Source of the DNA: a virus
Virus record (IMG/VR): IMGVR_UViG_3300020442_000011
Location: 1-64,000 of that record
DNA: 64,000 nt
Direction: 5' to 3' (one strand)
In this document: positions 1 through 10,980 of the stretch, one piece after another
How positions within the stretch are numbered: the stretch's first letter is position 1
Layout of the letters: each line of letters opens with the position of its first letter
Made by a program: the position numbers and the translations under genes
The notes under the pieces: model-generated
Database searches by the model: none
Seen by the model: the letters and a program-made list of their open reading frames with translations, nothing else
Told to the model about the DNA's origin: nothing

Positions 1-1705
1 ATGCGTATGTTGCACAGAGCGGATTGACATCCTCGTTCTTTTCAAATAGTCGAATGCTATTGGGCATTTCGTTATTGGTTTTACCGTAAACCGTAATTGG
101 GTTAAGGCCGATACTTCGAATGTGGCTATCTGCCTTTTCTAATGCATCGACGAAAGACGTAAACACCACGGTCTTTTTAGGTGTAGTTTCGGTTATCCCC
201 TTAAAGTCTATATAAGGAACCATCTCGACATGACAGTCAATACGTTTGCGACCTAAGATACGTCCCAGTGCTTCACCTTGTATCTTAAGGTTAACGTATT
301 TAATTACGGACTTCACGTCTTTGAAACGTTCCACCATGTTCTTTGTCAGTGATGGAATGATTTGGGTTTTCTCGTAACGGTTCACCCATTTAATTTCTTC
401 ACCTGCCTGTCGTGCATCCCCATTGACACGTTGAATGAATTTGACGAAACGTTTATAGTCACTGAAATCGTTTCTCTGCGACGGTGTCTTTATTTTTTGT
501 TCAAAAAGACTAAGGCATTCGTCATAGAAGCGTTGGTCTTCAGGACGTCGTTTTTTGTAGTAATCAAAACGTTCATCAATAAACGCTTTCATTTCTTTAG
601 ATATTTCTTTGAGCGTGTAGCGTTCTCCATTAGGTATCTTAACAGGGAGTGATTTCATCACCGGTTTATCGAGACCTAACTGGCTCTTCTCAACCTTGTA
701 AGACACAATGCCAATACGATGTGATAAAATATCAATACCACGATTACCATCACGCCCGTAGATCTTCTTAAAACGCATCTTAGCGTCGTTGGAAAAGAGA
801 GGGTCAATGAGTGTTAGTAGCGGAATAGATTCGCCGCCTAGCGCCTTAATAGGCGTTCCTGACATCGGTAATACGTCACGTGCTTCTAGCCGCTGACAAA
901 GCTGAATGAAATTCTGCGTCCGAATAGATGTTTCTTCGTTTAGGTTGTGGCATTCATCCAAAATCACCAGGGTGTCTGGAGACGAAAGTTCTTTAACCAT
1001 ATCAAGAGCTTGCTTAAGCGCTTCATAGTGGAAAATGGCGATCCGTTGTCCTTTGTATTTTACACCCTGATCATAGATCCAATAGCTAGGTGGTTTCTTA
1101 TAAAGTGACTGTACACTACTTTCCCAAACACGATATAATGCATTCTTAGGACACACAACGACGATACGTTTAGCATTAAGTATTTCAGCCAGTGTGAGAG
1201 ACGAATAGGTCTTTCCCGAGCCAGCGGCAGCCGCTAAAAGATACCCACGAAGACGATATTGCTGCGTAAGTTTGTCATAGTCTTCGAAGAATTTTTGCTG
1301 GTAATCCTTCGGCCGGAAGACCATGTTGTTTATCTTTGATAAGTCGACACGTCTTTGGGGTTCTTGCTGTGTCGTTATTAACCAAGTGTTTTCAATTAAC
1401 TCTTGACGGATCTTGTTCAATGTCCTGGAGCTAACATTGCGATTACCAAACTGAATCATGTGGTCGATCATGTAACACATATCAACCGCAAAGAAACTTG
1501 GAAACGTAACTGAATTTTTCCCTATTTTAGAAAACATGTTAATATTAATACGGGATGTTTTCCAAATCTTCGAAATGTCCTTCATCATGACATCAGCAGG
1601 GATGCCGTCAATAGTGATTTCGCTGTTTATTTGATATGTCGAAGTCGAACGGACCGTTTCAGTGACTTTTACATTTCCAAGAATGCGTCTAATACCTGCG
1701 AACAT
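1..1705 (-). CDS. SF2 (SNF2/DExH-like) helicase, runs off the left window edge
   Basis: Not in ORF track. ATG at 1705 with AGGAGG RBS upstream. Manual minus-strand translation shows Walker A GYLLAAAAGSGKT, LVILDECHN and motif III SGTP. Confidence 0.85.
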   Translation of the reverse strand, partial: MFAGIRRILGNVKVTETVRSTSTYQINSEITIDGIPADVMMKDISKIWKTSRININMFSKIGKNSVTFPSFFAVDMCYMIDHMIQFGNRNVSSRTLNKIRQELIENTWLITTQQEPQRRVDLSKINNMVFRPKDYQQKFFEDYDKLTQQYRLRGYLLAAAAGSGKTYSSLTLAEILNAKRIVVVCPKNALYRVWESSVQSLYKKPPSYWIYDQGVKYKGQRIAIFHYEALKQALDMVKELSSPDTLVILDECHNLNEETSIRTQNFIQLCQRLEARDVLPMSGTPIKALGGESIPLLTLIDPLFSNDAKMRFKKIYGRDGNRGIDILSHRIGIVSYKVEKSQLGLDKPVMKSLPVKIPNGERYTLKEISKEMKAFIDERFDYYKKRRPEDQRFYDECLSLFEQKIKTPSQRNDFSDYKRFVKFIQRVNGDARQAGEEIKWVNRYEKTQIIPSLTKNMVERFKDVKSVIKYVNLKIQGEALGRILGRKRIDCHVEMVPYIDFKGITETTPKKTVVFTSFVDALEKADSHIRSIGLNPITVYGKTNNEMPNSIRLFEKNEDVNPLCATYA

Positions 1706-1757
1706 TTTTACGTTCCTCCTGTCATTTTAATTAATTCTGCTTAAAAGGCTCATAAAA

Positions 1758-1943
1758 TCACCTATGATATAGTTCGTAGGTGATCGACATTAATGTCTTT
1801 CGCTCTAAGGAGGTGATCCAGCTGCGATGTTGGTAGGAGGATTAGTTCCGTTAACTACCAGCTGGGGCCAACCATTCACCGTGAGGTGACACGTATCCCA
1901 TCAGGCTACCTACGAGCAAAAGTCCCTCCCCAATGGGGAGGGC
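1758..1943 (+). ncRNA. Candidate structured RNA containing a 16S-3'-end-complementary tract
   Basis: Intergenic. Closing stem 1772-1781/1908-1917, internal stem GTTGGTAG/CTACCAGC, TCACC-GTGA-GGTGA GNRA hairpin, terminal GC hairpin. TAAGGAGGTGATCCAGCTGC at 1806-1825. Confidence 0.5.
1924..1942. terminator. GC hairpin (CCCA-TGGG family)
   Basis: CCCTCCCC-AAT-GGGGAGGG downstream of the 1958-3076 gene, followed by TTTATGCCG. Confidence 0.7.
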
Positions 1944-1957
1944 ATTTATGCCGCCTT

Positions 1958-3076
1958 CTATGTTCCGTTTTTTACCTGACGGATAGTACCTAAGACATCG
2001 CAATGGAAAAGTTTACGACTAACAGGATTGAAATAAAAACGGCCTCGTTTAATAACTGTGGAAATATCAATAGGAGTTGACTCCCACTGACTGTTAATAT
2101 AGCGGTGTTCAGTTCTATCACGTAGGTCGTAAATTACATCAGAATCTGTAGGTCGCTGTAAGGCTTTCCAATTTACAAGGTCCTGACTCTGCGACATGAA
2201 CCCGTATTGTACCGGTTGTTTAAAACGCGCCAGTTCAGGACGTGAATTTAAATCCAACGTAAGCTTAGACTCTTGGACAAGTGTTTGGCTGTTATACTTA
2301 CTACCAATTACTGTATAAATGTCCCCACGACGTTCAACGCGTATTCGAATACCTTCTGGAGCATTTACCCAAGGATTCACACTCCATGGATTCTTATCGG
2401 GAGGAACAGTCATGCTACCGGTTGCAGGTTCTCCGGTGGCGTAATCAAGTCCGTCGTTCGTTCCTGCAATTGTCGTTATTTCCCCAATGGTTCCGTAATC
2501 CATGGAAATAGAGAAAACAGGTTGTGTGGTTAATCGCCGAAAAACTTCAAGGGTATGGGATGTACCATCAGCGTCTTGAACATAACCGATGATTAGCCCA
2601 ACAGGGTCATTCTGCCATTCACTGATCGATGTGATTTGAACATCGAAATCGAAATCAGTGAAGTAATCGTTTGAAACGAACCCCACCATTGAAAATGTAT
2701 CTATCGTATTCCCAATCATGTCGAGATCAGCGTCGTAGTAGAAACCTGCTGCTTCACTGGGTATTGCTGCATCACTAAAACCGACCTCTTCTTTTGTCGG
2801 TGTCATACTACCATCAGGGAGCTGTCTTGGTGTTCCAGGTACTCCTCGACTAATCTTACGCCATGTGTCAAAAATAAAACGATTTGACTGTAGTGTTGCC
2901 TTTGCATAACCTAGGTCTTCTTCGTTATCGACGACGGTAAGATCGCTCACTATGTCATCATGTTCGAAAACGAAGCGACCATTACTATCATCTATGAAAA
3001 TTGCTTTGTGACGTCGGGAATTAACGCGACGCATAGCGGCTAACAAGGCATTGGTATAACGTTTTATAGAAGTCAT
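1958..3076 (-). CDS. Putative tail-fibre-associated protein with ConA/L-lectin-like (TSP-C-like) beta-sandwich domain
   Basis: 372-aa ORF. Paralogous to 3487-4536 (SMVGFVS..F.FDV.ITS..NDPVGLIIGY vs SLVGFIS..YTFEV.LSS..DDFIGVIIAY), shared C-terminal YFNP motif. Confidence 0.55.
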   Translation of the reverse strand: MTSIKRYTNALLAAMRRVNSRRHKAIFIDDSNGRFVFEHDDIVSDLTVVDNEEDLGYAKATLQSNRFIFDTWRKISRGVPGTPRQLPDGSMTPTKEEVGFSDAAIPSEAAGFYYDADLDMIGNTIDTFSMVGFVSNDYFTDFDFDVQITSISEWQNDPVGLIIGYVQDADGTSHTLEVFRRLTTQPVFSISMDYGTIGEITTIAGTNDGLDYATGEPATGSMTVPPDKNPWSVNPWVNAPEGIRIRVERRGDIYTVIGSKYNSQTLVQESKLTLDLNSRPELARFKQPVQYGFMSQSQDLVNWKALQRPTDSDVIYDLRDRTEHRYINSQWESTPIDISTVIKRGRFYFNPVSRKLFHCDVLGTIRQVKNGT

Positions 3077-3086
3077 GTTATCACCA

Positions 3087-3479
3087 TTAACGTGGGACTG
3101 ACTCAGTACTCAGATTGACTTTATTCATGACCATATTAGCGGATAGGTAATATAATCGGTTATTAACGGTGGACATTACTAACGTACCTGGTCGACAGAA
3201 ACTGGAATTTCCAACATAAAGTTCCCGGCGCCATGTACCATTCGTTCTAAGGTGTATATAGGGACCGCGTGAGTCAAAGAAGCGATTACGTCCTCCATCC
3301 CTTAGTGCCGCCACTTCATCATCAGTTTCACATACCCACTCATTGGCAACTGGAATGGACGTCAACAGTTCCAGTTCTTTAGCGTTTTCTCCCGATGCAA
3401 CGAGTGCTGTTGCGTTAGTAGGGACACGATTAAAGATTGTTAAGATGCCGTCAAGCATCGATTTGAGTTGCGTACTCAT
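3087..3479 (-). CDS. Short paralogue of the flanking fibre-associated proteins, lacking the lectin insert
   Basis: 130-aa ORF. C-terminal PGTLVMSTVNNRLYYLS aligns with RGRFYFNPVSRKLFHCD and RNTMYFNPTTGRYYYTT. Confidence 0.5.
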   Translation of the reverse strand: MSTQLKSMLDGILTIFNRVPTNATALVASGENAKELELLTSIPVANEWVCETDDEVAALRDGGRNRFFDSRGPYIHLRTNGTWRRELYVGNSSFCRPGTLVMSTVNNRLYYLSANMVMNKVNLSTESVPR

Positions 3480-3486
3480 AAACCAC

Positions 3487-4536
3487 CTATAAGGTTAACA
3501 GAGTAGAATCTGTCGTATAGTAGTAGCGACCTGTTGTGGGGTTGAAGTACATCGTGTTTCTTTTCAAAACACCCGTACTCAAAAGCTGGCTGTAACTACT
3601 CGACGATGATGTCCATGCTTGGTTTTGCCATTGATAGATACGATAGTTGCGCAAATCGATGACTGGTTGTCGAAGACTTGGTTTCGTGATTGTCTTCCAT
3701 GTAGAATGTCGTTGAGAAGCACAACAATATCCGATACGTTGTTGTCCTTTAAAGACGGCTAATTCAGGGTGGTCGTTAAGGGTGAAGGTTGTTTTAGCAC
3801 TTTCTAAGTATTGGTCTTCACCGATATCACTTGTTTCAACAGTAAAGTTATCACCACTTCTGGTGATCCTCAATTTGATAGGTTTTGTTAGACCTGCCCA
3901 ACCACCCCCACCATTGCTAGGACCTGGATAAGAGCCCGTCGCAGGCTCATCGTAGGTTGGCCAGCGTAACCCGCCATAGACGTTGGCGATGGTTAGTTCC
4001 CTGGAACTAAAACTATAACGGTTGTAATCGATGCACATCGGTGCAACGCCGTTTAGACCTCGCATTACAGTGATAATGTGGCTTTGACCTGTTGATGGAT
4101 CAATCGCATAAGCAATAATAACACCAATGAAATCGTCATCACCATCGATAGATGATAGCTCAACCTCGAAGGTGTAATTTTCAAAGAGTTCGGGTGATAT
4201 AAAACCAACAAGGCTTGACGTGTTTTGCGTACATGTAATGACCTGTTGCTCTTCGTCAAACACCCACGCATTTAGTTCACTTGGATTATCGGCGTCAGTA
4301 CTGTTGGGTTGCGCCCGTGAGATTCGACTCCATGTATTAAATACTACAGAGAAATCTTCGTCGGTTCCCAACTGAGCATCTCGCTCAAAATCGCTTGTTA
4401 CAAAACCAATGGGTGCTGCAGCCAGTGTTGACGTAAACTTACCGTCTTCAGATGCTAATAAATGGTAACGACTATTGAGGGGGAGTGTTAGACGTTGTTT
4501 TACAGATGACAAAAAACGAATGGCTTCATTGATCAT
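3487..4536 (-). CDS. Putative tail-fibre-associated protein with lectin-like domain
   Basis: 349-aa ORF. DGDDDFIGVIIAY resembles the thrombospondin C-terminal DDDYAGF motif. Paralogue of 1958-3076. Confidence 0.55.
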   Translation of the reverse strand: MINEAIRFLSSVKQRLTLPLNSRYHLLASEDGKFTSTLAAAPIGFVTSDFERDAQLGTDEDFSVVFNTWSRISRAQPNSTDADNPSELNAWVFDEEQQVITCTQNTSSLVGFISPELFENYTFEVELSSIDGDDDFIGVIIAYAIDPSTGQSHIITVMRGLNGVAPMCIDYNRYSFSSRELTIANVYGGLRWPTYDEPATGSYPGPSNGGGGWAGLTKPIKLRITRSGDNFTVETSDIGEDQYLESAKTTFTLNDHPELAVFKGQQRIGYCCASQRHSTWKTITKPSLRQPVIDLRNYRIYQWQNQAWTSSSSSYSQLLSTGVLKRNTMYFNPTTGRYYYTTDSTLLTL

Positions 4537-4593
4537 AGGGTGTCTCTCTATTCAAAATTGGTGGTATGCTCATCCATGTTTGACCTCAAGGCG

Positions 4594-4623
4594 ACATAGA
4601 GCAACAGTGGGGTTGCTCTATGT
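4594..4623. terminator. Intergenic hairpin with CATA/TATG ends
   Basis: ACATAGAGCAAC-AGTGGG-GTTGCTCTATGT, 12-bp stem directly after the 46-aa ORF. Confidence 0.7.
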
Positions 4624-4624
4624 G

Positions 4625-4765
4625 TTAAAATTCCCAGTCGCTATCTTCGGTCGTAAAGAGAAGATAACCCTTAGGTCCTCTTAAAGAATCAGTAAGTTGC
4701 GTGAGTCGATTGTTTTTCGCTTTTGTGTTACTGACAAACCGCCCAAACGTAGTGACTAAAGACAT
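4625..4765 (-). CDS. 46-aa protein resembling the N-terminal module of the neighbouring fibre-associated proteins
   Basis: Not in ORF track. TAATG stop/start overlap with 4765-6228. Sequence MSLVTTFGRFVSNTKAKNNRLTQLTDSLRGPKGYLLFTTEDSDWEF, ending right before a hairpin. Confidence 0.6.
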   Translation of the reverse strand: MSLVTTFGRFVSNTKAKNNRLTQLTDSLRGPKGYLLFTTEDSDWEF

Positions 4766-6228
4766 TATAGGATTCTCATATCAGTTAAAAGTTCAGCCAA
4801 CGTACTAGGAATATTTTTTCCAGTCTTTCTTGGAAAATGTTCCAAGAACCCCCATAAGGAGTTGGATTCGCTCACTTCATTTTTAATAAAAGAAAACAGT
4901 TCTGAGGGCGTAGTAATATTGTCAGGTAGTTGGATCTTTCGTATTGTCTGTTGGCTATTGTATTTAAACGGCGTTGTTATTGCGATTTCTAGCGCATATT
5001 CGCCGGGTTGATTCATTGTTGGTGTTCCGGGCCAATTCATGACACCTTTATCCGAAATAGAAATGGACCCGACAGTGGTTCCTTCAAATATGACTTGACC
5101 TGTCAATGTTCCTAATTGTCCCTGGTTATTCACGACGGTCAAATCAAGACCACTGAATATTGTTTGGAATAATCTATCATCTTTGTTGACGCCCACATCA
5201 CTTATCTGTAGAAAATCACTATCTCCGATATAAAAACAGTATCGCTCTGTATCGACACTACCGTCGGTTTTAATGATCAGGAAGTTAACGATATTGACGC
5301 CCGTTTCCGAGACGACTGTGGTCGGTTGATTCGAAGGGTCATAGGTTTGTACTTCAGTTACTACGACTTTAGATTCTGACCCACCTGCCAGGATGTCTTC
5401 ATTATCTGATAACCCACTGTACAACGGGTGATCGCCGTAGTTCTGTCTCAAGAAACCGACATTCACAGGAGAGCGGTTGAAATCCCCTGTGAAATATGCG
5501 CCAAAGTTAACCGCTATCCGATTAGTGAACGTGAAGAAACCCAAATGTGGTTGGCTGGCCTCTTCAATACTCGTCAAATCATCGCCGTGATCAGTAATCA
5601 GTACAATACCACCACCATTACTTCTAAAGGTTACAATGTCTTGTACTGACGCATCGCTGATAATGTTAAAGTTATTAGAGGAATTAGTTCCCATGACGAC
5701 AAGACCAGCGTATTCTTCAAGTTCTGCCAGACGAACATTTATTATACCACCATAGTCATTCGGGTCTTTAATTACAATAGAGAACCCAGCAACATCAGCC
5801 ACATATTCTAACGAATCTTTGAACCCTGATCCAAAACTACTTTTTGCATGGTAGCTACCACCTTGAACCTGGTCATTAATGACCAGGAGCTTTCTCTGCT
5901 TTATTGGGTTAGCAATAAAATTAAAAGCGTTATGTAAAAACTTAAAACTCGGATATAATCCATCAAATCCAGGGCCTGTGTTGTTGGATAAACGGCTATT
6001 ATAAAACTTAGGAAAACCACCGTCATAAACAACATTCCCCTTACCATCTTGAGTAACTGCTATAAAAGGGTTAGCTGGCGTTAAATTGTCATAGGCGATG
6101 TATTTAGAAATCGCGGGCGGGATTCCATTAACAACAGATACCAAAGAATCGACGTCATTATTTACAGACCAGTTAACGTTAACACTATCAGTATATTGGC
6201 CGGGAGAGATATCAGGTAAAACGGACAT
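4765..6228 (-). CDS. Putative virion/tail-fibre-associated protein
   Basis: 487-aa beta-rich ORF with IAVTQDGKGNVVYDGGFPKFYN segment, in the fibre-like cluster. Confidence 0.45.
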   Translation of the reverse strand: MSVLPDISPGQYTDSVNVNWSVNNDVDSLVSVVNGIPPAISKYIAYDNLTPANPFIAVTQDGKGNVVYDGGFPKFYNSRLSNNTGPGFDGLYPSFKFLHNAFNFIANPIKQRKLLVINDQVQGGSYHAKSSFGSGFKDSLEYVADVAGFSIVIKDPNDYGGIINVRLAELEEYAGLVVMGTNSSNNFNIISDASVQDIVTFRSNGGGIVLITDHGDDLTSIEEASQPHLGFFTFTNRIAVNFGAYFTGDFNRSPVNVGFLRQNYGDHPLYSGLSDNEDILAGGSESKVVVTEVQTYDPSNQPTTVVSETGVNIVNFLIIKTDGSVDTERYCFYIGDSDFLQISDVGVNKDDRLFQTIFSGLDLTVVNNQGQLGTLTGQVIFEGTTVGSISISDKGVMNWPGTPTMNQPGEYALEIAITTPFKYNSQQTIRKIQLPDNITTPSELFSFIKNEVSESNSLWGFLEHFPRKTGKNIPSTLAELLTDMRIL

Positions 6229-6231
6229 GAC

Positions 6232-6561
6232 TTATCTCCGATACATAGTCACACGAACATAACAATCCGAAACAGAATCGCTATGGTTACGGATCACTAG
6301 TGAATTCGTTGATTCGTTGATTCCTACCGATATAAAAATTTCGGAATTGACATAGAGACCGTTAGTAGGTGAACCGCTTTGCGTATCTAAAATCTTTACG
6401 TCAGTTGTGGTGGCCAATATATCGAAGTCCGCTATTGTCGTAACTAGCGTCGATAAATCTAAGACTAACGTACTGTTAGCAGCGATTGAATGTTTTTGAC
6501 TATAGACACGTTTACCTAAGAATGTTTTTACAACCTGTAGAAATTCATCAATACCAGACAT
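6232..6561 (-). CDS. Small hypothetical virion-associated protein
   Basis: 109-aa ORF, GAGG RBS, first gene of the fibre-like cluster. Confidence 0.55.
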   Translation of the reverse strand: MSGIDEFLQVVKTFLGKRVYSQKHSIAANSTLVLDLSTLVTTIADFDILATTTDVKILDTQSGSPTNGLYVNSEIFISVGINESTNSLVIRNHSDSVSDCYVRVTMYRR

Positions 6562-6612
6562 GGTAGTTACCTCGTAGTTGGTGGCATACCATGGTTATAG
6601 ATAAAAGCAGCA

Positions 6613-6638
6613 TAGAGCAGCCCTTTTGGGCTGCTCTA
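6613..6638 (-). terminator. Hairpin after nrdF
   Basis: TAGAGCAGCCC-TTTT-GGGCTGCTCTA. Confidence 0.7.
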
Positions 6639-6644
6639 ATTATT

Positions 6645-7619
<975 letters not shown>

Positions 7620-7665
7620 TTAGGGTAGAAGATACCGCCGGTAAACCTAACCGGCGGCTTAGTAG

Positions 7666-9783
7666 TTACAGTGTGCAGGACACACAACCTTCGACTTCAG
7701 TGCCAGCTAACGCATCCTGGCGAATACGGATATAGTAAAGGGTTTTGATTCCTTTACGCCAGGCATGTATCTGTGCCTTGTTGATGTCGCGTGTCGTCGC
7801 TGTATCGTTGAAGAAGAGTGTCAGTGACAATCCCTGATCTACGTGCTGTGTGGCCTCAGCATATGTGTTGATAATTGCTTCTGCGCCGATCTGGTAAGCA
7901 TCCTTATAAAACTTAAAGTTCTCATCAGTGAGATAAGGTGCTGGATAGTAGACACGACCCAATTGACCTTCTTTACGGATTTCGATCGGGGCGGCAACTG
8001 GATGAATCGATGCTGTAGAATGGTTAATGTAACTGATGGAACCGGTTGGGGGAATCGCTTGAAGATTACGGTTATAGAGTCCATGCTCCATGACACGTAA
8101 GCGAAGTTCGTCCCAATGCTCCGACGTCGGAATCTCGAAATCGTATTCTTTCAACAATTCACGAATTCGCTCAGTACGAACCGTTGGTGCGTTATTTACA
8201 TACCGGTCGAAATATTCACCGGTGGCGTACTTCGATTCAGAAAACCCGACAAACGTCTGTCCTTTCTCATAAGCAATGCGGTTTGATGACGAGTAAGCAT
8301 GAAACGCAATTGTTGCGAAATATACGTTGACAAAATCAAGCGCTTCTTCTGAACCGTATTCGATATGATGTCGAGCAAGGAAACCATGTAGGTTCATTTG
8401 ACCCAACCCGATCGCGTGTGATTCGTTATTACCACGGGCGACAGATGGGGTACAGTCTATATTGCTCATCTCAGAGACGGCTGTTAGAGCGCGTATGGCC
8501 ACGTCGACTTCTTGACCGATGCGACGTGATTCCATTGCCTTGGCAATATTCATCGAACCAAGGTTACAGGAGATATCTGTGCCTACTTCACTGAATCCTA
8601 AATCATCATTGAATTCAGAGGGCGTGTTTACCTGAAGGATCTCACTACAGAGGTTGCTCATGTTAATGCGACCCTTAATGGGGTTTGCATTGTTCGCATT
8701 GTCTTCAAACATGACATACGGGTAACCCGACTCGAACTGAAGTTCTGCCAGTGCTGTGAAGAAGTCCCGAGCGTTCATCTTTGTCTTAGTGATTTCGGGA
8801 TTGTCTAGTAATTCATGGTACATCTCAGTAATCGAGATGTCCGACATGGCTTTCCCATAGACGCGTTGAATGTCATAAGGGCAGAACAAGTACATGTCTT
8901 CATTACGCTTTGCGAGTTCGAACGTAATGTCTGGAATTGTTACGCCAGTGGATAGGGTTTTAATACGGATCTTCTCATCGGCGTTTTCACGCTTTGTATC
9001 CAAGAAATCCATGATGTCCGGATGGTGTGCGTTTAGATATACAGCACCGGCACCTGGGCGGGCACCTAACTGGTTGGCGTAAGAAAACGCATCTTCCAGC
9101 ATCTTCATGATGGGGATGATACCCGATGCCTGATTTTCAATTTCCTTGATTGGTGCGCCACGACCGCGCAGGTTCGTCAAGAGAAAAGCAACACCACCAC
9201 CGCGCTTTGATAACTGAAGTGCTGAGTTAATCGCGCGAGCAATTGAGTTCATGTTATCTTCAATACGAAGAAGAAAACAACTAACCAGTTCACCGCGTTG
9301 TTTCTTACTGGCGTTAAGAAACGTTGGTGTGGCTGGTTGGAAAACACCGGCAATCATGCTCTCAGCAAGCGACGCAGCAAGGATACGATCACCGCGCGCT
9401 AGAGCTAGCGCCGTCATGGCAATGCGATCTTCGTAACGCTCAAGGAACCGTTTACCATCACGTGTTTTCAATGTGTAACTGGTGTAGTACTTGTAAGCAC
9501 CCACAAACGAAGGGAAACGGAACTTCTTACTGTAGATAAGTTGGAAAAGCCCTTTGATGAAATCAAAGTCGTATTGATCAAGGACTTCTTTTTCGTAATA
9601 ACGTTCTTCAACCAGGTAGTCGAGTTTCTCTTTGAGTGAGTGGAAGAACACAGTGTTCTTATTCACAACATCCAGGAAATACCGACGAGTAGCTTCACGG
9701 TCTTTATCAAGCTGGAGTTTCCCATCAGCCGTGAATAAATTAAGCATTGCGTTGAGTTCGTAGTGGTTGAGTGCTTGAGACAT
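7666..9783 (-). CDS. nrdE: Class Ib ribonucleotide reductase alpha subunit
   Basis: [35 protein letters not shown] and C-terminal CVSC. No ATP cone. Confidence 0.97.
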   Translation of the reverse strand: MSQALNHYELNAMLNLFTADGKLQLDKDREATRRYFLDVVNKNTVFFHSLKEKLDYLVEERYYEKEVLDQYDFDFIKGLFQLIYSKKFRFPSFVGAYKYYTSYTLKTRDGKRFLERYEDRIAMTALALARGDRILAASLAESMIAGVFQPATPTFLNASKKQRGELVSCFLLRIEDNMNSIARAINSALQLSKRGGGVAFLLTNLRGRGAPIKEIENQASGIIPIMKMLEDAFSYANQLGARPGAGAVYLNAHHPDIMDFLDTKRENADEKIRIKTLSTGVTIPDITFELAKRNEDMYLFCPYDIQRVYGKAMSDISITEMYHELLDNPEITKTKMNARDFFTALAELQFESGYPYVMFEDNANNANPIKGRINMSNLCSEILQVNTPSEFNDDLGFSEVGTDISCNLGSMNIAKAMESRRIGQEVDVAIRALTAVSEMSNIDCTPSVARGNNESHAIGLGQMNLHGFLARHHIEYGSEEALDFVNVYFATIAFHAYSSSNRIAYEKGQTFVGFSESKYATGEYFDRYVNNAPTVRTERIRELLKEYDFEIPTSEHWDELRLRVMEHGLYNRNLQAIPPTGSISYINHSTASIHPVAAPIEIRKEGQLGRVYYPAPYLTDENFKFYKDAYQIGAEAIINTYAEATQHVDQGLSLTLFFNDTATTRDINKAQIHAWRKGIKTLYYIRIRQDALAGTEVEGCVSCTL

Positions 9784-9793
9784 TCTAATTATC

Positions 9794-10198
9794 CTAGAGG
9801 GTATCGAAGAGTTTATTAATACAAGCTGTGACGTTTAATACGTCATCGTCAGTCCCTAGTAGTTCGACGCGGGCCAATACAGGGACATGGCATTTCTTAG
9901 CAATAATATCAGCAGCGATAGCAAACGCACTGCCAAAATTAGTGTTTCCTGTTCCAATCACCCCTTTAAGATGATTGCGATTTCGCTCATTGTTTAGGAA
10001 ACGGATAACGGACGGACGCACTGCCTTGTCAACATAACCCCCACCATAAGTGGGGGTCACGAGAATGAAGGGGTCATCAACATTCGTTGGCTCTTTTTCA
10101 TCGAGCTGTATCGATTCAAAACCAAGCTTATCAACAAACCGCTTGGTATTGCCTGATTTGGCTGAATAGAAGACAATGAGCGGTGGTGTTATTGACAT
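9794..10198 (-). CDS. nrdI: Flavodoxin-like NrdI
   Basis: [30 protein letters not shown]. Confidence 0.95.
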   Translation of the reverse strand: MSITPPLIVFYSAKSGNTKRFVDKLGFESIQLDEKEPTNVDDPFILVTPTYGGGYVDKAVRPSVIRFLNNERNRNHLKGVIGTGNTNFGSAFAIAADIIAKKCHVPVLARVELLGTDDDVLNVTACINKLFDTL

Positions 10199-10416
10199 GC
10201 CGCATCAATATTGGATGGGATGAAACCACCCCAAGGTTCGTTGGAGGGCGTCACAACGACTGGCATACTCTTAATTCCGGTACTCTGAACAAACCCTAAG
10301 GCGTCAGAGTCTTCCATGATGTCGATGACCTTAGGTGTAACGCCATGACGCTCAAAGCGCTTAACTGTTTGGGTACACTGGTAACAACCGGGCTTAGAGT
10401 AAACGATGACAGACAT
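10189..10416 (-). CDS. nrdH: Glutaredoxin-like NrdH
   Basis: VYSKPGCYQC, PVV..WGGF.P, first gene of nrdHIEF. Confidence 0.93.
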   Translation of the reverse strand: MSVIVYSKPGCYQCTQTVKRFERHGVTPKVIDIMEDSDALGFVQSTGIKSMPVVVTPSNEPWGGFIPSNIDAACQ

Positions 10417-10576
10417 GGTAACTTCCTTAAATTCTGGTTAGTTTTTTCGAGAAAAATGTAAAATTACTTTTTCTTAAGCATAGGATAGACATGCCAGGGT
10501 AAACTAAAACAAACTGAAGTTTACTGGTCCAATAAACGCTATGTATAAGCCTACTCTACATGTGAGATGATATCTT

Positions 10577-10963
10577 ATGTTTGCACTAAATATTGGTAAC
10601 GGAACAGTATTCATTAAAGAAATGAATGGTAACACACTGGTTAATTTTGACGATGTGACAACGCCAAGCACTGTGATGGAAGGTGCTTTCAAAGGTGTTG
10701 ATGTACAAAACAAACCCGACATCAACAGTACCTTCTTTACGATTTTCACTCTGACGCCAAAACACCAATTACGACTCACCACCTGGATGAAAAGTGAAGG
10801 TACTAGTCACCATCGATCATTTGAAACTGATGTCGTTGAAACATTAACTGAAGAGATGGGTTCTTTTACTCTTGATCTAGATAGTGAGAAACTTACTCTG
10901 GAAGTTATTTTCCGACCCAAAGGTAAAGACTCCCTATCACTCGCTACTCTTTCACTCCTATAG
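10577..10963 (+). CDS. Hypothetical protein
   Basis: 128-aa ORF divergent from nrdH. Confidence 0.55.
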   Translation: MFALNIGNGTVFIKEMNGNTLVNFDDVTTPSTVMEGAFKGVDVQNKPDINSTFFTIFTLTPKHQLRLTTWMKSEGTSHHRSFETDVVETLTEEMGSFTLDLDSEKLTLEVIFRPKGKDSLSLATLSLL

Positions 10964-10980
10964 AAATAGAGACCATAACA

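Noticed and set aside
362-652. 96-aa plus-strand ORF
   Set aside because: Antisense shadow of the minus-strand helicase.
1806-1825. 16S rRNA gene fragment
   Set aside because: The match covers only ~20 nt of the extreme 3' end and the flanks are not rRNA-like. Kept as a regulatory-RNA hypothesis instead.
10417-10576. NrdR boxes upstream of nrdH
   Set aside because: No convincing match to the tandem NrdR consensus by eye.
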